Source of the DNA: an uncultured bacterium
Lineage (GTDB): Bacteria > Bacillota_I > Bacilli_A > RF39 > UBA660
DNA: 64,000 nt
Assembly: GCA_949292245.1 (NCBI GenBank)
Contig: CASEYV010000001.1
Location: 183,313-247,312, forward strand
Reading direction: 5' to 3'
The notes beneath the pieces were generated by a model. That model saw only the letters and a program-made list of their open reading frames with translations, searched no databases and was not told the DNA's origin. The position numbers and the translations under genes were made by a program. Positions 1 through 7,464 of the stretch are shown here, one piece after another. Numbering within the stretch: position 1 is the stretch's first letter; the number at the start of each line of letters is the position of its first letter.

Positions 1-594
1 CAACATTATGCTTCTTCATCATATATTATAGACCCTTGCCCAACAAATATTATAGATATATTTGCTTTAACAAATACATATTATAATAATATTCAAAATT
101 GGTTATTAAATGGTAAAAAAGGAACATTTCCTAAATTACCATCATCTTATGAATTAAAATCAATTTTTGCTGAATTAGAAAATTATAATATGGTTTCTGA
201 TACTATTGTATGGCATCCAGTTAAATATAAATTATTGTTTGGTAATGAAGCCGATAATGAATATAAAGCTAATTTCAGAGTTATTAAAAATGAAAATAGT
301 GTTATGAGTGATAATGAAATAAAACAACAAATAATCGAAGCTATTGATTCATATTTTTCTTCAATGAAAGCTGGTGAAAAATTCTTTTTCACACAATTAT
401 CAACATATATACATGAAAGATTGGGAACAAATATTGGAACTGTTTTAATTGTTCCATCATTTGCAGAAGATAAATTTGGTAATTTATTTGAAATTAATTG
501 TGAAGAAGATGAAATATTATTATCTTCTGCAACTATTGATAATGTTCAAATAATTAGTAGAATTACAGATAATAATATTAGAATAGGTGAATAA
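1..594 (+). CDS. C-terminal part of a tail/baseplate-module virion protein; the 5' end lies upstream of the window
   Basis: Frame 1 is open from nt 1 to the TAA at 592-594, so the 190..594 ORF is only its Met-trimmed tail. It is tightly packed with the following same-strand genes. No family recognised. Confidence 0.5.
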   Translation, partial: QHYASSSYIIDPCPTNIIDIFALTNTYYNNIQNWLLNGKKGTFPKLPSSYELKSIFAELENYNMVSDTIVWHPVKYKLLFGNEADNEYKANFRVIKNENSVMSDNEIKQQIIEAIDSYFSSMKAGEKFFFTQLSTYIHERLGTNIGTVLIVPSFAEDKFGNLFEINCEEDEILLSSATIDNVQIISRITDNNIRIGE

Positions 595-622
595 ATATTT
601 TTAAATAGAATAGGAATAAGAT

Positions 623-1471
623 ATGTCATATAACATTAAAAAAACAAATGGAGAACCATTATTCGGAGAAACAGGATTACCAGAAAATCAAATTGATACT
701 ACAAGAACTCCTGTAGCATTAATTGGTAAATTGACACCAGATTATGGTAATTATCAATCAGAAAATTTTGTTCATATAACTGAAAATTTTGCTAATGATG
801 TTTTTCCAGAAAATCCATTAAAAGGTCAATTTGCATATAATACAACAGATGATTGTGTATATGTCTGTGTTGATGATATATTAAAAACTTGGACTAAAAT
901 GTTGTCTATTAGATTTGAGCAACAAACAAATCCTCAAACTGGTGATATGTATTATGATATTGAAGAAAAGAAATTATACATATTTGATGAAACAGTTGGT
1001 GATTATGGAGATTGGGTATTAATTGGTCCAGATAACTTTAAAAATAAAAAGACAGATTCGGTTGTTTTAACAACTGATAGGGATATAAAATCAGCATATT
1101 ATAATGTAAATTTAAATGTTGATGAAGCAAGTTTAGTAACATTAAAAATAGTTGCTAGAGAAAAAATGAATCCAGAAACAAATCCAGAATATGGTATTAG
1201 AGTTCCAGAATGTTCTTCTTGGGTATATCGCATGATGGCTAATTCTTATAAAATAGAAAATAATATAACAAAAACAGAAATTGTCGGTGACCCTAATTTT
1301 GAATTAATTGGTAGAACATCTGGTGAAGCATTAAATTGGGTTATTAATCCTGTAATATTTGAAAATATGCTTCAAATTAATGTTAGTGGTGTTGGAACAA
1401 CTAATGAATTAATGACTCCAGAAATGGATAATGTTCAATGGGAAATTGATATTGAGATTGTAAAGGTATAA
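623..1471 (+). CDS. hypothetical virion (tail/baseplate module) protein
   Basis: 282-aa ORF with an AGGAA-type RBS just upstream, in the same operon as its neighbours. No family recognised. Confidence 0.5.
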   Translation: MSYNIKKTNGEPLFGETGLPENQIDTTRTPVALIGKLTPDYGNYQSENFVHITENFANDVFPENPLKGQFAYNTTDDCVYVCVDDILKTWTKMLSIRFEQQTNPQTGDMYYDIEEKKLYIFDETVGDYGDWVLIGPDNFKNKKTDSVVLTTDRDIKSAYYNVNLNVDEASLVTLKIVAREKMNPETNPEYGIRVPECSSWVYRMMANSYKIENNITKTEIVGDPNFELIGRTSGEALNWVINPVIFENMLQINVSGVGTTNELMTPEMDNVQWEIDIEIVKV

Positions 1472-1473
1472 TA

Positions 1474-1752
1474 ATGACTTCTATTAATATTGACCATAAA
1501 AAAGGTATAATAAGCACAGAATCAGATGACATATTATATTTGTCAGATAAAGGTGCTATAAAAATAGGCGATGGAACATATTTAGATGAATTGGGAAACT
1601 CTCAAGAAATAGAAGCTCGTGAAGATTATATCGGAGCAATGAGATATAATTTTGATAGAGGTTGTTTACAAATTTGTGATGGTAAAAAATGGAAAGATGT
1701 TTTAGGTCAATATAAACAAACATCACATATTGTTTGGTCATTATTATTTTAG
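1474..1752 (+). CDS. small fibre/baseplate-like protein
   Basis: 92-aa ORF starting 3 nt after the previous stop. The motif GAMRYNFDRGCLQICDGKKWKDV resembles the G-x-(I/M)RYN...G..W motif common in phage fibre and baseplate proteins. Confidence 0.4.
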   Translation: MTSINIDHKKGIISTESDDILYLSDKGAIKIGDGTYLDELGNSQEIEAREDYIGAMRYNFDRGCLQICDGKKWKDVLGQYKQTSHIVWSLLF

Positions 1753-1778
1753 GCTCTATTAAACAATTTTGTTGAAAT
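1746..1778. repeat. left arm of a 33-bp inverted repeat (32/33 match; 25-bp perfect core at 1754-1778)
   Basis: ttttagGctctattaaacaattttgttgaaat is the reverse complement of 2232-2264. It overlaps the stop codon of the 1474..1752 CDS. Confidence 0.9.
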
Positions 1779-1900
1779 ATGGCTTGTCCCTTTTACATAT
1801 AACATTTTTAGACTTTTCAATGATATTCAATATGATAAATTATCAACTTAAATAATGAAAAGTTAAAGAAAAAATTATTTGATTCACAAATAACAAAAAT

Positions 1901-1934
1901 CTCCTTATAAATACTTGTACGAATTTATAAGGAG
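1901..1934. terminator. 12-bp stem hairpin (ctccttataaat / atttataaggag). It is a terminator for the minus-strand mini-ORF, and on the plus strand it sequesters the AAGGAG SD of the 1944 mini-ORF.
   Basis: Perfect 12-bp stem with a 10-nt loop. On the minus strand it is followed by a T-rich tract (atttttgttatttg). Confidence 0.6.
1906..1913 (+). promoter_or_regulatory. T4-type late promoter motif TATAAATA
   Basis: Exact TATAAATA 30 nt upstream of the ATG at 1944, lying inside the left hairpin arm. Confidence 0.45.
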
Positions 1935-1943
1935 ATTTGTGAA

Positions 1944-2045
1944 ATGATGAAAAGAATTTATGCAAAACTACAAAAATGCTATTATCAACGAAAACTTTTT
2001 AAAGATGTAATCATACTATATAAATTACATAGAAAAACTTTCTAA
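1944..2045 (+). CDS. 33-aa highly basic mini-protein (MMKRIYAKLQKCYYQRKLFKDVIILYKLHRKTF)
   Basis: Hand-translated; it is below the ORF-track size cutoff. A strong AAGGAG SD sits 9 nt upstream and TATAAATA 30 nt upstream. Confidence 0.35.
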   Translation: MMKRIYAKLQKCYYQRKLFKDVIILYKLHRKTF

Positions 2046-2144
2046 ATTATCAATATTATCTAAAAAAGTTTGTTTTTCTTCTTGGGATATTTTTAACGGT
2101 TCATATTTTGTAATTGTATATTGAGAAAAAGTAATTTTATCCAT
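2025..2144 (-). CDS. 39-aa acidic mini-protein (MDKITFSQYTITKYEPLKISQEEKQTFLDNIDNLESFSM)
   Basis: Hand-translated. It has an AAAGGA RBS and a TTGCTA-18-TATAAT promoter upstream. It converges on and overlaps the 1944..2045 ORF by 21 nt. Confidence 0.35.
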   Translation of the reverse strand: MDKITFSQYTITKYEPLKISQEEKQTFLDNIDNLESFSM

Positions 2145-2181
2145 TTCTAAAATCCTTTCATAAATTATTAAACAGAATTAC

Positions 2182-2211
2182 ATTATAGATTCTTATAAAA
2201 TAATCTAGCAA
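2182..2211 (-). promoter_or_regulatory. host sigma70-like promoter TTGCTA-18 nt-TATAAT
   Basis: The -35 element is at 2211-2206 and the -10 at 2187-2182 on the minus strand, about 38 nt upstream of the ATG at 2144. Confidence 0.5.
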
Positions 2212-2231
2212 GGATTTTATTTAGAGATTAT

Positions 2232-2264
2232 ATTTCAACAAAATTGTTTAATAGAGTCTAAAAT
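2232..2264. repeat. right arm of the 33-bp inverted repeat
   Basis: Reverse complement of 1746-1778. It sits immediately upstream of the promoter of the gp55-like gene. Confidence 0.9.
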
Positions 2265-2290
2265 TAAATAATTTTTTTATTAAATTTTTG

Positions 2291-2299
2291 TGATATAAT
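2291..2299 (+). promoter_or_regulatory. extended -10 promoter (TGaTATAAT) for the gp55-like gene
   Basis: Exact TGnTATAAT 29 nt upstream of the ATG at 2328. Confidence 0.5.
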
Positions 2300-2327
2300 A
2301 CTTAAAAATGGAAGTAAAAGGATTATT

Positions 2328-3359
2328 ATGAAATTTAATGAAAAAAGATATTTTTTAAAAAATTCTAATTTATTAGCCGAAGTTCATAATTCAAAATTAA
2401 CATATTGCTGTTATGAAAAACCAGAATATGGAAATTATGATATTATATGTAAAGATTATTTACTAATAACTCCAAATATAATATTAAATTTTTTTCGCAA
2501 AAATCCAAATAGAGATTATATAATTGTTAGGGTTATGACTGATGAGCATGTTTTACCTTATTGTAAAAATGGAAAAGTAAATTTGCAAGAATTAAAAATG
2601 AAACCATTTAAACATTTTTTAATTTATAAATCTGATTTTGAACGAATATATTCTGAAACGGAAGCTAATTTAGATAAAATTGAACAATTAAATACTAAGA
2701 TTTTAAATATTAAAGAACAGAAAAAAGATAATAATAGAAATATTAGATTAAATCGTTTAGAAAAAGATAAACAGATACCTTTTAAAGAAGATAATAAAAA
2801 ATGTGATGAAGAAATATATAATATAACAAATGAAATAAAAAGATTGTCTGAAACTTTTTCTATTAATATTATGAAAAATGCCAAAGAAGTATTGCGTTCT
2901 CATTGGAATGGAAAAACTATTGAAAGTGGTCATTTTGATGTTTCACAAGGAAAATTAAGCGATGGTTTAGTTTATATGATAATTATGTTGGTTGACCAAT
3001 TTGCTAAATCTGGTAATTGGTCTGGATATACATATTTAGATGATATGAAAGGAGCAGCATTGGTTCATTTATGCGACGTTGCTTTGAAATTTGAAGAATC
3101 TGAATCAACTAATGTATTTTCATATTTAACTCAAATAGCTTCAAATAAATTTACGGCTACTTTAAATAGTGAAAAATATCAAAGAAGAATAAAATCAAAA
3201 ATGATGCAAGCAGTTGGTTATAATCCAACATTTGGTGAAATTGTTGATGAAGAATTTAAAAATATATATTATGATGATGAAGGTAATGAGATAGTTGATG
3301 ATGATTCTGATGATTTAGAAGAATCATCTGATAATGAAACAACCGATGAAAATTATTGA
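2328..3359 (+). CDS. late-transcription sigma factor, T4 gp55 family, with a large internal insertion and an acidic C-terminal tail
   Basis: The C-terminal half LSDGLVYMIIMLVDQFAKSGNWSGYTYLDDMKG...FEESESTNVFSYLTQIASNKF...EKYQRRIK aligns with T4 gp55 [29 protein letters not shown]...[21 protein letters not shown]...ERKEVAKK. The N-terminal KNSNLLAEVHNSK matches gp55 NNKELLQAIIDWK. Confidence 0.75.
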   Translation: MKFNEKRYFLKNSNLLAEVHNSKLTYCCYEKPEYGNYDIICKDYLLITPNIILNFFRKNPNRDYIIVRVMTDEHVLPYCKNGKVNLQELKMKPFKHFLIYKSDFERIYSETEANLDKIEQLNTKILNIKEQKKDNNRNIRLNRLEKDKQIPFKEDNKKCDEEIYNITNEIKRLSETFSINIMKNAKEVLRSHWNGKTIESGHFDVSQGKLSDGLVYMIIMLVDQFAKSGNWSGYTYLDDMKGAALVHLCDVALKFEESESTNVFSYLTQIASNKFTATLNSEKYQRRIKSKMMQAVGYNPTFGEIVDEEFKNIYYDDEGNEIVDDDSDDLEESSDNETTDENY

Positions 3360-3841
3360 GGTTCAATAATTTCTATACCATCATCTTCGTCATAATCATT
3401 TGAAGCATTTTCAACATTTTTTGTAGATGCTTCAAATTTTTTTACTTGTAATTCATGATTTAATTTTTTAAATTTGGCATCTATTTTTGCTAATCTTGCG
3501 TTTAATTTTATATTGAGAAAATTTTGGGCTGATGAAGAAATATCTCCAACCGATTTACCTGTTGTATTTAAAGCTATATCCATTAAATCTGTAAATGCTT
3601 GGTCAGCTTGATTCGCAATTTCATCTAATTCAAAAGAATCTTTATCTAATAATTCCGATTTAGTTAGATTTTTTAATTCCTCATTTTTTTGAACAATAAA
3701 TTTTTTTTGTTCGATTGGTTCTAATTCTGTAATGATATTTTCTTTGTTGATTAATTCTAAAGCATTTTGAATATCAGAACATTCTTCTATTTCTTCATTA
3801 CTTAAAATATTAAATTCTTTATCTAATTTTTTATTTGCCAT
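3353..3841 (-). CDS. hypothetical acidic coiled-coil protein
   Basis: 162-aa ORF with a late motif 38 nt upstream on its strand. It converges on the gp55-like gene with a 7-nt overlap. Confidence 0.5.
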   Translation of the reverse strand: MANKKLDKEFNILSNEEIEECSDIQNALELINKENIITELEPIEQKKFIVQKNEELKNLTKSELLDKDSFELDEIANQADQAFTDLMDIALNTTGKSVGDISSSAQNFLNIKLNARLAKIDAKFKKLNHELQVKKFEASTKNVENASNDYDEDDGIEIIEPQ

Positions 3842-3872
3842 AATAAGCCCTTAATTACTAATAATTAAAATA

Positions 3873-3886
3873 TATAAATATTTATA
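3873..3886. promoter_or_regulatory. palindromic back-to-back late promoter pair TATAAATATTTATA
   Basis: TATAAATA at 3873-3880 on the plus strand is 30 nt from the ATG at 3910. TATAAATA at 3886-3879 on the minus strand is 38 nt from the ATG at 3841. Confidence 0.55.
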
Positions 3887-3909
3887 AGATAAAATATAGG
3901 ATTAAACGA

Positions 3910-5316
3910 ATGGGAATATTAGATAGTATTACAAATAAGTTTTATAATTCAGATGTTGGGCGAGTTTTTTTAGATGATAATAGCTATGCTTCGACACCAT
4001 ATAATTCAAATTTTATACCAGAATATTTAACTACAACCGGACAAAAGAGATTTTCAACTAATTCAGCAATTCCAAATTTACCAAAATTGGAAACTATGTT
4101 TTTTGTATATTTTTCTTTGAATCCAGAAGCACAAGCTATGATTAACAAGAAAAAAGCATTAATAAATTTTTTAGTTAATGCTAATTCTTCTGATACATCA
4201 ACATCAGATGTTCAATCCCAAAATTTAGCTTCAAGAATACAAAGTGGTATGACTTCTTTAATAAATGGAGCAGCTGATTATATAAATTCTGGGTTAAATT
4301 CAATAGCTAAATCATTTACAGGTAAAGATTTGACTTCTCAAGAAAATAAAAATCAAAAAATTCCGAACACAGAAAATTCAAAAACATTTGGGGATTATAT
4401 ACCAGATAAATTTTTATTGAATCAATTATCTTTTGAATTGTCTAAATTTGTAAAAACTATTGATAAACCATCTATTGATTTTGATATCAAAGAATATAAT
4501 GAATATAATCGTAAAAGATTAGTATATGAAAAAATAAATTACGGTCCTGTTAAAATTACATTTTATGATGTTAAAGAAAATCCAGTTCAACAATTTTTCT
4601 TTGCATATTTAAAAATGATTAATAATAACTTTTTATGTAAAGATTATACACATTATAATAAAAAAATTGTTACCAATAAATTTGATACTGATATTACAGA
4701 TTGGGGATTTAGTACTGATTCTAATTTTAGATTGATTGATAAAATTTCTATATGTGAATTTTATATGGATAAAATGATGGTATATACATTAGAAAACCCA
4801 GTAATTAAATCTATAAATTTTGGAACAAATAAAATGGGTTCATTTAATGCAAATGAAATTAATATAACATTTCAATATGAAGGATTTACCAACGATTTAT
4901 TGGATATTGAACCATATAATACTCAATTTGATACTGATAAAACTAAATTAAAATCAATGATAAATTCTAATATTGATGCTAATATGGCTAATTTCTTAAA
5001 TATGAGATATAAAGACGGTGCTTCAATGGGCATAGATACTGCCGTATCTTTTATTAAAGGTGTATTAGATGCTCCATCTGATGAAAGATGGGACAAAATT
5101 AAATCACAAACATTAGATACATTAAGAAAATTAGGATTTTCGGATGAAATTAATTTAACAAATTCATTATTGGAAGATATTGAAAATTATAAAAACTCTG
5201 AAGATAAAGCTAAATATTTGTTAAAATTAACTGATGACCCATCATCTATTTTGGGTCAAGTGTTAAATAACGGTAGCACTTCTTCCGCAGAAGGATTTTT
5301 AAAGATGTTTTTCTAA
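3910..5316 (+). CDS. baseplate/tail-tube-associated protein with a gp19-fold C-terminal half (T4 gp48/gp54-like)
   Basis: The C-terminal pattern KPSIDFDIKEYNEYNRKRLVYEKINYGPVKITFYDVKENPVQQFF...MMVYTLENPVIKSINFGTNKMGSFNANEINITFQYEGF has the tube-family layout also seen in the 10625..11239 protein. Confidence 0.45.
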   Translation: MGILDSITNKFYNSDVGRVFLDDNSYASTPYNSNFIPEYLTTTGQKRFSTNSAIPNLPKLETMFFVYFSLNPEAQAMINKKKALINFLVNANSSDTSTSDVQSQNLASRIQSGMTSLINGAADYINSGLNSIAKSFTGKDLTSQENKNQKIPNTENSKTFGDYIPDKFLLNQLSFELSKFVKTIDKPSIDFDIKEYNEYNRKRLVYEKINYGPVKITFYDVKENPVQQFFFAYLKMINNNFLCKDYTHYNKKIVTNKFDTDITDWGFSTDSNFRLIDKISICEFYMDKMMVYTLENPVIKSINFGTNKMGSFNANEINITFQYEGFTNDLLDIEPYNTQFDTDKTKLKSMINSNIDANMANFLNMRYKDGASMGIDTAVSFIKGVLDAPSDERWDKIKSQTLDTLRKLGFSDEINLTNSLLEDIENYKNSEDKAKYLLKLTDDPSSILGQVLNNGSTSSAEGFLKMFF

Positions 5317-6009
5317 AAATTCATTCCATTTATTATTTGTAGATGTATCGTGCAATATTTTGATAATAAAATTAGCATCATTTAACATAATAGTATTAAA
5401 TGATTTATTATCATATAATTTATTATCATAATAATATTTCCAATATTTGATATTATTATCATTTATACCTGTTTTATAATAATCGTAGAAAAAATCATCT
5501 AAAAATAATGACACTATGTTTGGAGATAAATCTTTATCATTACAAATTTTATCTCCATATCTTTCTTTTATGGATTTATCTTTATTAGAAGCAACAACAA
5601 TCATATAAACTAAATAAGAGTCAAAAAAGTCTATCCATCTGTTTAATAATGATTTGTTTAATTTAGAAAACTCTATTTCCATTTCATTGGTTAATGCAGA
5701 ACCTTTTAATCGTAAATTAGCATTTTTTAATTTATATATACAATTTAAAATGGCTATATTAAAAGAAGTGATATGATTAAATATTTTATTATTCATATAA
5801 TATAATAATAATTCAAATCTTTCTTCTTTAGAAGTATTACAAAAATATATATCAGATAGTAATCCTAAATTATTGATATAATCTAAGAAATTTGTTGTTT
5901 TATCAAATTTTTGAGATTTATCGTAATCAAAAATATATACAGTTTTTGATTCTAAATCATCATCCATATCAGAATTTAATATAGGAGCAGTTACTAATTT
6001 AGTTGTCAT
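5299..6009 (-). CDS. hypothetical protein, translationally linked to the radical SAM gene
   Basis: 236-aa ORF whose start overlaps the radical SAM gene stop by 11 nt. No family recognised. Confidence 0.5.
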   Translation of the reverse strand: MTTKLVTAPILNSDMDDDLESKTVYIFDYDKSQKFDKTTNFLDYINNLGLLSDIYFCNTSKEERFELLLYYMNNKIFNHITSFNIAILNCIYKLKNANLRLKGSALTNEMEIEFSKLNKSLLNRWIDFFDSYLVYMIVVASNKDKSIKERYGDKICNDKDLSPNIVSLFLDDFFYDYYKTGINDNNIKYWKYYYDNKLYDNKSFNTIMLNDANFIIKILHDTSTNNKWNEFLEKHL

Positions 6010-6799
6010 TATTTTTAAACCAAGTTAATATTTCATCAGAATATAAGTATGTATTTTCTGGATAATTTAATTTTAAGTTACTAGATTCTGTATAATTTTT
6101 ATATTTTAAAATATCACCGTCAAATTCTTGATATTTTAGTTCTCCGTTTGGAAACATAAAAATATTTTCATCATCTATATCATTATTTAATAATTTTGAA
6201 ATTATTTTTTCTTTATTTTTTAATTTAAACGAAATGTTCAATTTAGATGATAAAATTAATTTATTAAATGTTGTTAAACAATCATTTTTAGTTATATCAA
6301 ATTCTGAATTTTTATTTTTAAAATAAGGAATAAATTCTACACTTTTTAAATTTGGTAAAACTGATAATTTTTTTAATAAATTATTTGGGTGATATTTAAA
6401 AAGTAATGGAGATAATGTGATAGTTAAATTAAATTTTTTAGGAAATGTTAATAAATTGTTCCATACTTCCATTGCTCTTGAACGAGCCATAAAATCATAT
6501 GATAAATTATATTCTATATCATCACGATAATTTTTAATATCATAAGCATACGATTCAATAGTAATGGGTTTATTAAATGTTTTTAATTTATTGATTAAAT
6601 TATCAAAATATGATTTATTTAAATTCATTGGCTCACCACCAGAAATAATAATATTATCAATTTTATCAATAATAGATGGAAGTATCAAATCTATATTTGA
6701 TAGGTCTAATAAATCATTAGATGATAATTTATCTTTATGTATGCAAAATTGACATGAAAAAGGGCATAAAAAAGATGGATAAATTATTAAATTTTTCAT
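5999..6799 (-). CDS. radical SAM domain protein
   Basis: N-terminal CPFSCQFC (CX3CX2C) at residues 12-19, plus the SAM-binding-like IISGGEPM motif. Confidence 0.8.
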   Translation of the reverse strand: MKNLIIYPSFLCPFSCQFCIHKDKLSSNDLLDLSNIDLILPSIIDKIDNIIISGGEPMNLNKSYFDNLINKLKTFNKPITIESYAYDIKNYRDDIEYNLSYDFMARSRAMEVWNNLLTFPKKFNLTITLSPLLFKYHPNNLLKKLSVLPNLKSVEFIPYFKNKNSEFDITKNDCLTTFNKLILSSKLNISFKLKNKEKIISKLLNNDIDDENIFMFPNGELKYQEFDGDILKYKNYTESSNLKLNYPENTYLYSDEILTWFKNNDN

Positions 6800-6842
6800 A
6801 TATATCTCCTAAAGTAATATAAAATATTTACTTACAGAATTA

Positions 6843-7367
6843 TTATATATGAGCATGTACAAAAATTTCAATAAGTTTTTCTGATTTATCGCATTTATTT
6901 TCTAATGAAATTCCTATTGTTGGTTTAAATAAAAGATAATCTAAAAATGTTTTCTTTTTAGCAACACCGTAAGATTTTGATGTTGTCAATTTATCAAATT
7001 TATTAATTTTTCCTTTAACACGACAAGGAACTTTTCCGCATAAAGCCACTGGTAAATAATCACCTTTATTTTCATTTAAAACAACACCAGGATTTGAAGA
7101 TATTATACCAAAGAAGTTTCTATCATTGGCGACAGTTTTAGTAATTTCTTCTTCTCCACCAAATTTTACTAATGTGCCTTTTGGTAATACTTCTAAAGAA
7201 GAATGTTTATAATATTCTGCTAAATCGGCATAATAAGTAGCGTAAGCGGTACCTCTAATAACTTTATTAAAAGTTGTTACATCGTTAAATGTCCATTGAC
7301 CAGAAATATCTTCATTTTGACTTCTGCGAGTATATTCTGGGTCTGATATGAAACCACTATGAGCCAT
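6843..7367 (-). CDS. stand-alone Peptidase_G2 / intramolecular-chaperone-like domain protein (fibre or spike maturation-type domain)
   Basis: ADLAEYYKHSSLEVLPKGTLVKFGG...FFGIISSNPGVVLN...LPVALCGKVPCRVKG matches the remembered G2/IMC pattern ADYAEYFE...G.vV...ilGVvS..P.vvgn...PVgLlGqV.v.v.G. Confidence 0.45.
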   Translation of the reverse strand: MAHSGFISDPEYTRRSQNEDISGQWTFNDVTTFNKVIRGTAYATYYADLAEYYKHSSLEVLPKGTLVKFGGEEEITKTVANDRNFFGIISSNPGVVLNENKGDYLPVALCGKVPCRVKGKINKFDKLTTSKSYGVAKKKTFLDYLLFKPTIGISLENKCDKSEKLIEIFVHAHI

Positions 7368-7464
7368 AATTATTATCCTTTAAATTAAATAATACCTTTT
7401 TTGTATAAGTATTTATTCATTAATTATCAAATAATAAATAATTATATTAGTTATAAGGATTGAT

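Noticed and set aside
5999-6799. Assigning the radical SAM protein to QueE (7-deazaguanine pathway) or NrdG.
   Set aside because: Only the generic CX3CX2C and GGEP motifs are visible. No QueC, QueD, FolE, DpdA or NrdD partners are in the window. A subfamily assignment needs profile searches.
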